The notes below the pieces were generated by a model. That model was not told the DNA's origin, made no database searches, and worked only from the letters and a program-made list of their open reading frames with translations. A DNA stretch of 64,000 nt from Octopus bimaculoides (lineage: Eukaryota): positions 11,907,824 to 11,971,823 of the forward strand of contig NC_068997.1 in NCBI RefSeq assembly GCF_001194135.2. The letters run 5' to 3'. Below, piece by piece: positions 51,332 to 63,355 of the stretch; the first letter of the stretch is position 1; each line of letters starts with the position of its first letter. Made by a program: the position numbers and the translations under genes.

Positions 51332-53539
51332 GCATGATTTATGTAGGTATGTGTGTATGTATGTACGTAAGTGTAATAGTGAACGATGGACATTATAAAG
51401 AGAGGAAGGTTGAGAAGATTATCACTGAAAAAATGGTCTTCCTTGAAACCCTTGTCGAAGGATCATCTCTGTAGACAAGGTAAATATGTTATAAAATGTG
51501 GTTCATCAGTAGGCGGGAGACCACAGCTTTGAGAAACTTGGGAGAAAGATTCAGTTTAACTACGTAGGAAACAGACATAAAATGTACTGACTGATGAAAG
51601 CATCCTTTAATGCATGAAGGGTCCCTATGAATAATTGACATCGGGAAATCGAGTTCAAAGAAAGAGATTTTGCCAATCGACCTCTTTTCAACGAGAAACA
51701 ATATCAGAAATATAATTGATGTAGGCATAGAAGAAATCCGAGAAGAGAGTTGAGTCATGATAAAAAAGCTAGAATAGGGGTTTCTTCCGAGAGCAAGTTT
51801 TATATCTCATCTGTAAATCAATTTTCCAGTGTTAGGAATAGAAATGGCGATATGAAAAATTGTAGCAGCTGGAAATCCAGTATTATGTTCCCACAGGCAG
51901 TAATTAATTCGTGGGTCATAGCATATTTAGATAATGGACAATTCTAATAAACGCTGCACACTTGTACACATTGTACACATTGCCCGCTAATATTACATTA
52001 TGTCAACGCGTTGTTTTATCAAACGCACCTATTTGACTACAATTGTATGGCGAATTATAGGGTAATTAAATGGTGTCAATCTAGCATCTCAACAATCAGG
52101 ATGGGACTAGAGCAACTACAATGACAAACGAGCTTCTGATATATATAGGCAGTAATGCAAAGTTGTTTCTTTTGTGTTCTAACATATCCAAGCAATCATC
52201 TTAACAAAGGTTACACCCAACTATAAGCTGATGTTTCATGCGCACCTTTCAATTTTCTATCAACGTCTTCATTTATAAATACATTCTTTGATTGTACAAT
52301 TATTACAGTCTAATAATTTTAGGTACTAGAGTTTTGCTGATCCCTACGTTGACATCAAAAATATCAGCTAACACTACGAATATCAGTTAGCACTACAAAT
52401 ATATCCCGGTAATTTTCAATGCACTTTAAAACCTAAAGTAATTCGGTTTTTAAGTGCATTACTTAAATGAATTTAACAGTAAACAAAGAGCTTTCGCGCA
52501 ATATTTTGATCGTCTAATACGCACACAAACGTATACATACAGACATATAATCATAAACATACATGTATGCGTGTTAGTGTGTGCGCGCACATACACACAC
52601 ATCGCACACGCACACACATATGCATACACACATTCGTATATATACGAGTAGCTTGAAGGAATATTGTTTTGTACTCACTCAGGCATTTTAACAATGTCTA
52701 TCATTACCAATTTGTTATTTTGTCTGGCATTATTTTATATTGATACCGATTTCCTTTCTTTTCACTTGTTCCAGAACGAATTGTTTCATTAAGACTGCGT
52801 ACTATTTGACTATTGTAATTGCCTATAAATAGAAATATACGTGGGAAGTTGTACAATTTCTGAGTATAGCTTATAAAGTAAACTTTAGTAACATCATCTT
52901 TCATTGTATTTTATTCATTTTATTGTAAATACCGCTTTTTTCTTCTAAATCATTGATCTATGTTTATATGATGAAATAGAAATTTTAATACAATCGAATT
53001 TAGTCGACATAAAGAAGCTTTCAATAGAATCTTCATAAAATTCTCCACTCTTTGATTGAGCATTGTATAGTTATTTCTACGTTATTACTAATGTCGTTCA
53101 ACACAACAATATGTAACTGCATTTAATGAGAAAAATCAATATATTTCTATGTGAATTATAACAATCTTATTTATTGAGATGTGTACAAAATTAGTCACTA
53201 TAAAGAGTATTATTTGGCAAAGAGTTGTTTCAAATTTCATGCTAAAAAAAAATATTGGTATCCTTTTGATTACATTCACAAAAGTCTGAAAGTTAATGCA
53301 TATGCCCATGATTTTTCAAAGAACAATAGAATACCAGGTTTCTCGGAATTTAAGAGTGTTAGTTTAATTGCAGACACAGTTAATTCCTCTTGCAGTATAA
53401 TACAAACTTCCCTTCCATAGGCATGAGCCTAGAAATATTGCATGATTGTCCCGCTACATATCTATTGTATTAACCTTGATCAGATACGTGCATTATTTCT
53501 TTAACTAACAATGTCTACTTCAATTCTTATTGGACTTAT

Positions 53540-54700
53540 TCATCTGAGGAATTCATATAATTGATAAGAGCAACAATAGATTTATAATGTTTGACATTGT
53601 CGAATTTTTCCCGTTGATGTAAAAACCAAGTCTTTCTCCAAGAAATGGAGTTCGTCAAATTATATGCCGTAATCACGTCGTCCGACAATGAAACATTAAG
53701 GAAATTAGAAGAAGCTGTTATTTGACAACAAAATCTACAGAGAAAAGAAAGATGCATCAATGGGCACTTTTGAGGGGTCAGAAGTAGCGGAAGTGATTAT
53801 CCTTCACACTCTTCGGGGGCTTCAAATCGAAATACGATGGGCTGATGTAACTTTGTACAAGTATGACGACTAGAGAAAATCCCAATAGAAGTGAAGATGA
53901 TAGGGACAACATTGCAATGAATCTACTTAGGTTTGTCTAAGAATTACATCAAATATCACAATAACAAGAATAGGCACAAAAATGTTCATGGATAACAGCG
54001 TGGTTTTGAATACTGGTAAACACCAGTGTTACCGCAAGCTTACCGAAGACATCATATCCACTGATGATAATGACTCACAATAAATCATTAAGTATATTAC
54101 AAGTAACGTTTGTAAGCGCATTTGTAACCCATTACTATAATACAATAGGAGGAAGCGGATTTAACGACAACATTATACGGAACATACTTTCGGCGTCAGC
54201 TAAGACACAAGCGCAGAAAATTGAAATGATTCAATCCACATTTCATTATGAACGTATGGACGTATATGTAACTAGAATTTTTGTAAAATTGTTAATTATA
54301 CGCGTTTCCAATCCACATGCACACAGAAATTTAAAAGAAACAAAGCGAATTCTACATCAGCGAATTCTACATCAGAGAATTCTCCATCAGCGAATTCTAC
54401 ATCAGCGAATTCTATACCACAAGGCAATGTCACATAAGGGCTAAAGAATACTGTTATGCTAATGCTTCATTTGTCAAAAAACACCCACGGAAACATTGGA
54501 AAATTGAGAATAAAAGAAGCTATTTTAATTTAAAAAGTACAACCCATGAATTCTTAACGGACGTCAATAACATACAGATGATTGTATACCAAAGCAAGGC
54601 AAAACAACTGTTCATTCACACACATTATACATAAGTGGAAACAACTATCTATAAATTTTCCCTTTAAGTCTCCTGACGAAGTTGCTTTTACGAGGAAATA
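53540..54700 (+). mobile_element. Decayed Penelope-like element (PLE) reverse transcriptase
   Basis: Across frameshifts: DKSNNRFIMFDIVEFFP (53563-53613), MGTFEGSEVAEV (53760), LYKYDD (53853-53870), FMDNSVVLNTGKHQCYRK, IIKYITSNVCKRI, YYNTIGGSGF. Order and spacing fit PLE RT motifs (FDI.EFYPS, MG.FDG.E.AE, LYRDD). Confidence 0.75.
54345..54414. repeat. 15-bp minisatellite (GCGAATTCTACATCA, about 4.7 copies)
   Basis: Direct reading; one variant unit GAGAATTCTCCATCA; encodes RILHQ repeats in ORF 54064..54444. Confidence 0.95.
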
Positions 54701-54812
54701 TTACTAGCTATGGATTTCTATCCTTAATCCTAATAACTTTCAACTTTTGTCATTATAAAAAATTTTTTAAACATGTATGTGTATATATGTGTGCATGTAT
54801 ATATATGTGTGC

Positions 54813-54850
<38 letters not shown>

Positions 54851-55399
54851 NNNNNNNNNNNNNNNNNNNNNNNNNNNNNNNNNNNNNNNNNNNNNNNNNN
54901 NNNNNNNNNNNNNNNNNNNNNNNNNNNNNNNNNNNNNNNNNNNNNNNNNNNNNNNNNNNNNNNNNNNNNNNNNNNNNNNNNNNNNNNNNNNNNNNNNNNN
55001 NNNNNNNNNNNNNNNNNNNNNNNNNNNNNNNNNNNNNNNNNNNNNNNNNNNNNNNNNNNNNNNNNNNNNNNNNNNNNNNNNNNNNNNNNNNNNNNNNNNN
55101 NNNNNNNNNNNNNNNNNNNNNNNNNNNNNNNNNNNNNNNNNNNNNNNNNNNNNNNNNNNNNNNNNNNNNNNNNNNNNNNNNNNNNNNNNNNNNNNNNNNN
55201 NNNNNNNNNNNNNNNNNNNNNNNNNNNNNNNNNNNNNNNNNNNNNNNNNNNNNNNNNNNNNNNNNNNNNNNNNNNNNNNNNNNNNNNNNNNNNNNNNNNN
55301 NNNNNNNNNNNNNNNNNNNNNNNNNNNNNNNNNNNNNNNNNNNNNNNNNNNNNNNNNNNNNNNNNNNNNNNNNNNNTATATATATACACATATATATAT

Positions 55400-55400
<1 letters not shown>

Positions 55401-55442
<42 letters not shown>
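55401..55442. repeat. (GATA)n microsatellite
   Basis: Direct reading. Confidence 0.95.
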
Positions 55443-55506
55443 TAAACACGTGCATGTGTGTGTGTATCTATGTGTGGAAGGGATGTGCGTCTGCGAGTTG
55501 GTATAA

Positions 55507-55690
55507 CGCGGCGAGCTGGTAGAAGTGTTCTGAGTTCAAATTCCGCCGAGGTCGACTTTGCCTTTCATCCTTTTGGGGTCGATAAATTAAGTACTAATTG
55601 CGTACTGGGGTCGATGTAATCGACATAATCCCTTTGTCTGTCCTTGTTTGTTCCTACTATGTTTAGCCCCCTGTGGGCAATAAAGAGATT
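55507..55690 (+). mobile_element. SINE family A variant (different 3' tail), young
   Basis: gcggcgagctggtagaa..gagttcaaattccgccgaggtcgactttgcctttcatcc..ggggtcgataaattaagtac..tttagccccctgtgggcaataaaga. Confidence 0.88.
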
Positions 55691-55732
55691 AATGTCTAAT
55701 GAAGTTGCACTATAACACAAACAAGTGTGACG

Positions 55733-55915
55733 ATGTGGCAGAACGGTTAGAACGCCGAACAAGATGCTTGGTAGGTTTTCATTTAGTTTTACAATCTGAG
55801 TTCAAATTGCACCGACGACAGTTATGCCTACTCTTCATTCCGGTGCGATAAAACAAGCACTAGTTGAGAGGTAGGACGATGTAAACGAGCTCACACTGCT
55901 GGCCTTGCGCTAAAA
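55733..55915 (+). mobile_element. SINE family A, diverged
   Basis: gtggcagaacggttagaacgccgaacaagatgctt..ctgagttcaaattgcaccga..ctgctggccttg. Confidence 0.6.
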
Positions 55916-57351
55916 GATTTAAAAAAAAATTATCATACCACACCACAAAAATTGTTGCTTGATTGAAATTGGCTTCGCTTCGAAAAAATGTAGCATCTGC
56001 CACCCTACTGCTTATGGAAACACGTCCATTTGTCAAGTCGGGTGCACTAATCCCCGTTTGGATTATGTAAATGCGTAGACAAGATATTGTGTTAACATGA
56101 TAAAGAGATTTTAAGTGTATGATATTATTTGTGTGTGTGTGTGCATACATACATACTTCCATGTACACACACGCATATATATATCATACTCACATACACA
56201 CACACTCACACACACACACACACACACTCACACACACACACACACACAGAGAAAGGATGCATATGTGTGTATGCGCGTGATTCTTGATGCAGAGAAGCGC
56301 GCTTCAAAGTAGCGATTATACATACACACACATATATATATAAATGATTTTCAAATAAAATTTAAAGGGACAAAACCTATTAAACATTGTAGAAATGGAC
56401 GATCAGTGTAATGCTCAGCTGCCAAATATCCTGCATATTTTGTTATAAATATAACATTTAGTGATGTATCTAGGAAGTTCATAAAATTTCTCTGAAAGAC
56501 AGGAACCAATTTACTAGTTTTATATCGAATAATTTCAAAATTTCTCCATGAAAGTTTGCCGAATTTTGTTGTCAAATTTCTCACCCTAGCAATGCTAAAG
56601 AGAAAGAATGCAATATTAACGAAAAGTATTTCCGTGAAGTGCCAGTAGAAACGTAGCATAGTTTCATTGAAATAAACTTATTCTTTATCAACCTATTGTT
56701 TATGAATGGAATTACATAATCCCCATCGCTCTATGTTTATCTATCTTTGATCACATAGTCCATTCAAAGAGGTTAAATTCGACGGTGTTGTTTAGTATTC
56801 TTTCTATTTGTTGGCATAATGGTGTGTATAATCATCTCTCATGGAATTGAAGCATTCAGTCTTCACAATGAGTCCGTGATTATGCTATACTTAATAAAAT
56901 AACTTTTGTTAAAAGAAAACACGTTTTTGGCTTTATTCAATAGCTTACTTAATTCAATCTAGCAATTTAAAGATGTGATAATGCGCTGCTTGTAACCACT
57001 AAATTATTCGGCATGTTCCTCAAGATCATAAGATCCAGTAGTCTATTGTCTTCAGATCTGTAACGTTAAAAATTCAGGAAGAACATTATTTTGCAATCTC
57101 AATTCACGGAAGTTTAAAATAATTGAATCCTCATTTCTGACAATTAATAAAGAAAATTCCGCCGTGTAGTATTCAGTAGGCTTTAATATAATTACGCGTT
57201 CGTCAACAGACGAATAATCATGATTTCAGAATTTAGGATAATTAAATTTTAGTTATCAGTAATCATAAAATCTATGGGTTTATAAAATAAAGCACAATAA
57301 ATTACCTCATTTTAATGAAGTATTTGATTATTAAAATCACACACACAATTA

Positions 57352-57700
57352 TACAGGGTATCACAAAATTGTATACATAGTTTAGCAGATAATAACTAAC
57401 TTAATTTTCATTCCCTTTTAAATTTACCCCACGAAATATAATGATAAGAGCCATGGTAAACGAAATGCAACTGAAACAACTTTGTGGGCGTAGTCGAAGT
57501 GAATAGACATTTTCGGAGGAAGATTCAAACAGATTCATATATGCGACTTGCCATCACTCGAATTAGATGTAAATTTGACGCAGATACAATCATTCAGAAT
57601 ATCCCCAGGAAACGATTCTGAAGGTCGCAGATATCGACGAATTCTACAAAGTGAGAAGGGGTAATAGAGTTCTCTAATTTTTAAGCAAGACATTTCTTTA
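57352..57700 (+). mobile_element. Tc1/mariner-like element, 5' end relic
   Basis: TA-CAGGGTATCACAAAA start; VNRHFRRKIQ..LAITRIRCKFDAD..QNIPRKRF resembles the HTH region of Tc1/mariner transposases. Confidence 0.45.
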
Positions 57701-58262
57701 AGAAGTTTCCTTGTGACAAAATATCACTGCTAGTGCAGTTTCACGGTATTTTATATAGATAAATTATATAAACTTGTGTTCATTGAATAAATGTTAAACT
57801 TCACGGCGTTGTACAAATCAGCAAATAATTTGTTTTTAGAGGTCTGTATAGAGACAACTACTTCATTGCCGTCCAGAATGTCAAGGAGTGTTCATCACGA
57901 AAGAGACCTAATCGAGTCCAAAGACCGATGATATTTTCATCGAACTCCGCTTTTAACTGACAAATTTCTTTGAGAAGTTTTCACCTACTCTCGTTGTATG
58001 ATTGTATATACAAAAGAAATATACTGCTCGTTGATTCGGTTTTTCTATCTACAGGGATTTTGAAACCAATATTTCATTTACAAGCTGGTATATATAGTTT
58101 TGTTTCAGGAAAGAAGTATGTATATATATATATATATATATCATCATCATCATCATCATCGTTTAACGTCCGCTTTCCATGCTAGCATGGGTTGGACGNN
58201 NNNNNNNNNGAGGTACAGAGAAACAAAGATGCAAGATTACTCACATACATGCATATACATAC

Positions 58263-58319
<57 letters not shown>

Positions 58320-60073
58320 TGTGTGTGTGTGTGTGTATGTGTCTGTGTTTGTGTGTATGTGCGTGTGTGTGCGTGTGTATGCGTGAGCCTGTTTCTGCTG
58401 CGTTGTGAGTTAAATAGTTCACTGATTAATGGATCTTTCAGTGCGGCGGCTGTCAACAGATCTTTCAATGCGGCTGTCAGGGTATCAGTCAATGAAATAT
58501 CACCACTTCCGTAGCTTTAAGCACGTGCTTAGGCCGGACCGTTTATGATTTTTGTGTCCACTGCATGGACGCCTTCTCTTTTGATGTGTTGTTTGGTCGG
58601 ATGTCTGTTTCTCTATCTATCGTCAAAGAATGAATATAATAATTTTAGCGGCTCACTATTCAACTTTTCTTTCAGCTACATACTTCTCCCACTTTATTCA
58701 TTTATTTTTGCATGTCCAAGGTCATCGTCAAATTTTACGGATGAACTACCATCATGTGTGTGTGTGAGCGATAATAGGTTTGCGCAAAGAGGTTTCTGCG
58801 TGTAAGTGAAACGTTGTTTGTCGTTTATCTATTCTAGTTTTAGACTTACCTGTCCACACTTGTCAACTAAAGGTTGAATGAGCAGCTTCCGTGCTATTGT
58901 ATCTCGATGAAGAATTGATTATTTACCGATAAAATTCTTTGTAGTATGTACTAGTAAATTTACTATCTGATTTCAGAGTTTTCCTGTCTGATTGACTTTA
59001 TCCTTTGTTCTTCTGTGTGAGGAAATAAATAGTAAACACTTTATTGTAATTCACTCTACTCTATCTAATATCCGCAAAAAGATTTGCACTTGTAGTAAGA
59101 ACTCTAGATATATTAATTTCATTTCTTTCGTGATTTAAGCACGATTTATGGAACACATCAAAATTTTGTGCGCTAATAGTAATCATTTTTAGTTTTCTTA
59201 ACTAATTGGTATCTGAAAAACCAACAACTGAACTGTTTGTTTTCTGTTCAATACAAAACCCCTGTGTCGCTTATTACATGCACACTTGGTTTCCAATAGT
59301 AGCGTGTCAGAAATAATAAGGTTAATTGTTACAAATGTTGTAAGGTATTGATTGAAGCAGAGGGAAGAAAGACCGCTTTTTTTAGCATTCATATTAAAGA
59401 AAGAACTATTACATTATTTCTGTGCGTGAGTTATTCTATTTCTAAAGCATTTACGCTTGCTATTGACCTGCAAATATTAATGATTCATGAAAGCATACTG
59501 TATTTTTTACATGTTTTTTTAGTTCATCGGCTTTTGTTGGCGGTAATTAAATAATTATCTCGCGAAAATGTTTAAAATGGACTATATTACTAAGGCAATC
59601 GATGCTAACAATGTCAGTATCTGGAAAAAATAATTAAACAAAACAGCAAATGATACGTTGAAATAATATTGTCAGCATTAACTACTCAATTGCGAGCAAA
59701 AGTTGTAACATAAAGACATTCAGTTAACTTATGGAATGATTTAGTTTATTAATCACATTACTGTGTCCGTAAAACAAGTGCATTCATATACATAATGTTA
59801 CCAGTGTGGGAGTTTAAAAGAAACTATTTTACTGCATGAATACATCTCTTTGCCAAAAGAAAAATGCATGCACATATCTAACCATATTTGTTATTGAATA
59901 ATGTTTTAGATCAACGACTTATACATATTAACTCTATCTTGGTTATAACTTTGCAGAATGTTAAACAATAGGTCAATTGTTTCACTCTGTTTAGTTCAGT
60001 ATTCCCTCTTTCCTCATAATAGTGCATCAGGCATTTGATCTGTACTCTGATGCTCCTGGTATGATGTCCTATG

Positions 60074-60748
60074 TATCAGGCTGAATAAAAAGTAAGCAAT
60101 GTTTTAAAACATGAAATTCATCACAATGTATTTCAACAATGTGGGAATTGTATTCAACAAAGTAAGTACCATTACAATCAACACATTTTTGCCAACGAGT
60201 TACAAGTTTGTTTATTTCGGTAACAAAAAAATGAGGAGTTCTGGAGCTGATGAATTCTTTGAACACACTTTCAGCATCGGTTTCATTTTTGAACTCCTTC
60301 TCTCGCAGGAAGCCATCAAGACGCTTGAAAAAGTGGTAGTCAGTAGGAAAATGGTCTCGAGTGGGGCAGAACTTCGTATCCAGGTTCCCTCAACTTTTGG
60401 AGCGTCATTAGTGAAACGTATGATTGAGCATTGTAATGAAGAATCATTGGTTCTCTTCTGTTGATTAGCCTGGGATGGAGAAATAGCATATTTTCGTTCA
60501 TGTTTGCCATCTCAAGGCAATATGTTTCTGCAGTAATTTTTTTCTCTGGGTTTTAAGAAGTTATGGTGGATGTCTCCTGCAGTACACCACCAAATAGTCA
60601 CCATAACTTTCCTTTTCAAGAGCTTGGGTTTAGGGAAAGTTTTTGATGTTTCATTTTGGTCCAACCACTGCGAAGAATGTTTTTTTTTAATGGAACGTAT
60701 CTGACTTTCATTGCAAGTTAGAATACGGTTGAGAAATGGATCGGTCTC
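60074..60748 (-). mobile_element. Mariner (DD34D) transposase relic with 3' TIR, 5'-truncated
   Basis: PFLNRILTCNE..QWLD..KVMVTIWW..ITAETYC..MILHYNAQ..GYEVLPH..PTDYHFFKRLDGFL..FKEFISSRTP..INKLVTRWQKCVDCNGTYF. TA plus TCAGGCTGAATAAAAAGTAAGCAAT at 60074-60100 is TIR-like. Two catalytic Asp are mutated (TCNE, LHYNA). Confidence 0.9.
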
Positions 60749-61454
60749 TTTTAGAAATTATACATTTCTTAATCTCTTAGAGAGATTTATGCAGTAGTGA
60801 TACGATGAAGTAATTGTATGCTGTCAACTTAATGTGACAGTCCCCTGAAGGGAATAATACTACTGTTGGTTAGACCTAGGAAGTTGCACCGCTTCTTGTC
60901 AGCCTTGACACATTTCCTGTGTCCTTATATTTACAAGGTTGTTTAAGTTACATAAATGTAAATTTTGGCAAGCCTCGCTTTCTATGATATTCACGTGCAG
61001 GAAGAAAAAGGGACTGAGTCTCTTGACACACCATTTCACAGTGTGACAGATCCTCAGAGATGTACTCACCTTCCCTATTCAATCAATAACGTGGTCACGC
61101 TTCTTAGGAAAGCAGTCGTAAACTATCCTAGCATTTTATTGATAATTCATGAGAATCAAAAGTATGTAACACAATGAAGCCATATTCTCCTGTAGGGTAA
61201 GACCTGCGTTAAATAAGGAAGAAATTTAGTCTTTTTACGTTTCATCGAATTTTACTACCAAATGCTTTACGCATTCCGTTAATATACAATACTTTGAAAT
61301 TCAGGTCAAACATTATTTATTTCTGGTCGATAAATTTCGTAGCTTTAAATCATTATTTCTAAGCCAGACTGTGATATACACACATTTACAAACAATCATA
61401 AAAACACACACTCTCTCTCCCCTCTCTCTCTTACACTCACACACAGAGACACAG

Positions 61455-61497
<43 letters not shown>

Positions 61498-62001
61498 AAT
61501 TAATTGAATATGTTGTGACAAATCTCAAGCTATATAATTAATAATCATAGTGTGATTTTACTGGTATAAAAAATCGCAGTATCTTTTGCAATTAAGAACA
61601 TAGAGTTTTTATTAGTGTTCATGAAATTGTTACTTCATGTCTCAAATACCGAACTTGGGAAGAAGAACTCTTGAAACATTGCCATCCCGAAATAAGTAAT
61701 TAATTTCCTCTGTGAAACCATTTATAAAATAATAAAGTGTTTTCCACAAAATGTTGATAAGTCTTAGTTGATGTGGTTAAACCCATTAGTAGAATATTAC
61801 TATATTTTATCGATTACATGAGAAAGAGAGTTGATCATAACTGGATTTGAAGGCAAAATATAAAAAGGAGAAAAGCTGCGTATTATTAAACTCCATGATG
61901 AATAAGTAAAACAGAATATTAGCTCAAGAATTATATGAGAGAGAAATATATTAAAGAATTCGCTGTTGATAGATTATGTTGATAGATTGCTGTTGATAGA
62001 T

Positions 62002-62117
62002 TATGGATAATAAAACTATAGACAACATTAAAAACGTTGGCACCTTGATTCCCATAAAATATATGGGAATCAAGGTGCCAATGTTTTTAATGTTGTCTGT
62101 AGTTTTATTATCCATAG
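62002..62117. repeat. Near-perfect long inverted repeat (55/56-bp arms, 5-nt loop)
   Basis: The arms 62002-62056 and 62062-62117 are reverse complements except for two transitions and one 1-nt indel. Confidence 0.95.
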
Positions 62118-62495
62118 CCACGAAAACAAAGAAGCACGACTTCGCAGGTCAACGTGAACGTGTATTACTGTACTGTAAATTGTAACAAGCAATCTCATGT
62201 GGAACACTTAATATACGATCATTTCTCTCCACTATTCCTTGTTTGAGCTGTCTAACGATACGATCTCTTATGGTTTTAATTTCTTTTAACGTGACATAAA
62301 AACTCCTGTAAAATTATGAAGTTTATGATGGGTGTAGAATCAAAGCCGTTCATATGACCTTATTTATCGGAACTTTCGTACACATACACACACTCAGAAA
62401 CACACACACATTCATACACAAACACAAACACACACTCACATACACACATACACGTATATAAATATATAGATATACACATACATATATTTGTATAT

Positions 62496-62526
<31 letters not shown>

Positions 62527-62670
62527 NNNNNNNNNNNNNNNNNNNNNNNNNNNNNNNNNNNNNNNNNNNNNNNNNNNNNNNNNNNNNNNNNNNNNNNNNN
62601 NNNNNNNNNNNNNNNNNNNNNNNNNNNNNNNNNNNNNNNNNNNNNNNNNNNNNNNNNNNNNNNNNNNNNN

Positions 62671-62705
<35 letters not shown>

Positions 62706-63224
62706 TGCACGCATACATATCTACTTACACACACATATACCTAAATATATGTATACATGTGCGTGTATGTGTTTGTGTGTTTATATAATCAATTACACAC
62801 ATGATTTATATGTGTGAGCTACTAAAGGTGTCATGCTTCTATAGGACAATAAGAGGATGAATTTGTATATCGTGCCACGAACTATCAGAAGCCTCATTCT
62901 TTGAGTAACTCATATTTAAATGCTGTGTAATTTCCATTACGGATTACTAATATTTTCAGTAGGAACTAAAAGTGCGCAATAGTTGTTGAAAGATGTTTTC
63001 GAACTTGTTTAGATTCTTTGCCATCAAATTTGAATTCTTTGCAATCAAATTTCAATTTTTCAAAGGGACTTTGAAGTGTTGCAAACGGTAGAAAGTAGGA
63101 GTCTTCACCCTCGAAAGAATATTCGATGACCACAAATCGATTCGAAGCTAGTAATTTACTACTATCAGGTAGTAGTAATTTACTATCGCAGCGAGTTGAA
63201 CTTACCATATATATATATATATAT

Positions 63225-63355
63225 ACGACTGTCTTCTCCTTCCATCAACTAAAACCACGTACAAGGTTTTGGTCAGCGTCAGACTATGGCAAAGTACACT
63301 TGCACAAGATGCTATGCATGTGGTTGAGAAGGAAACTTCTTAACAGACAGCTATG
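63225..63355 (-). mobile_element. SINE family B, 5' part, diverged
   Basis: acgactgtcttct..acaaggttttggtc..acacttgcacaag..catgtggttgagaaggaaacttcttaac, colinear with 7155-7305. Confidence 0.55.

Larger units (their letters stand above)
1041..62670. other. 16 assembly gaps (N runs), mostly flanked by (TA)n
   Basis: Approximately 1041-1452, 3815-3887, 5471-6376, 13313-13359, 14190-14746, 20380-20524, 26820-27069, 28739-28918, 29573-29687, 30429-30856, 31802-32743, 45126-45148, 46463-46705, 54851-55377, 58199-58209, 62527-62670. The pattern is typical of short-read assemblies breaking at long microsatellites. Confidence 0.95.

Noticed and set aside
62002-62117. Endogenous parvovirus/densovirus terminal hairpin
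   Set aside because: No NS1 or capsid remnants nearby, and the hairpin is simple and AT-rich without T/Y-shaped arms.
773-62817. Long ORFs in the track containing X runs or [16 protein letters not shown] repeats
   Set aside because: They are artefacts of N gaps and di- or tetranucleotide microsatellites, not genes.
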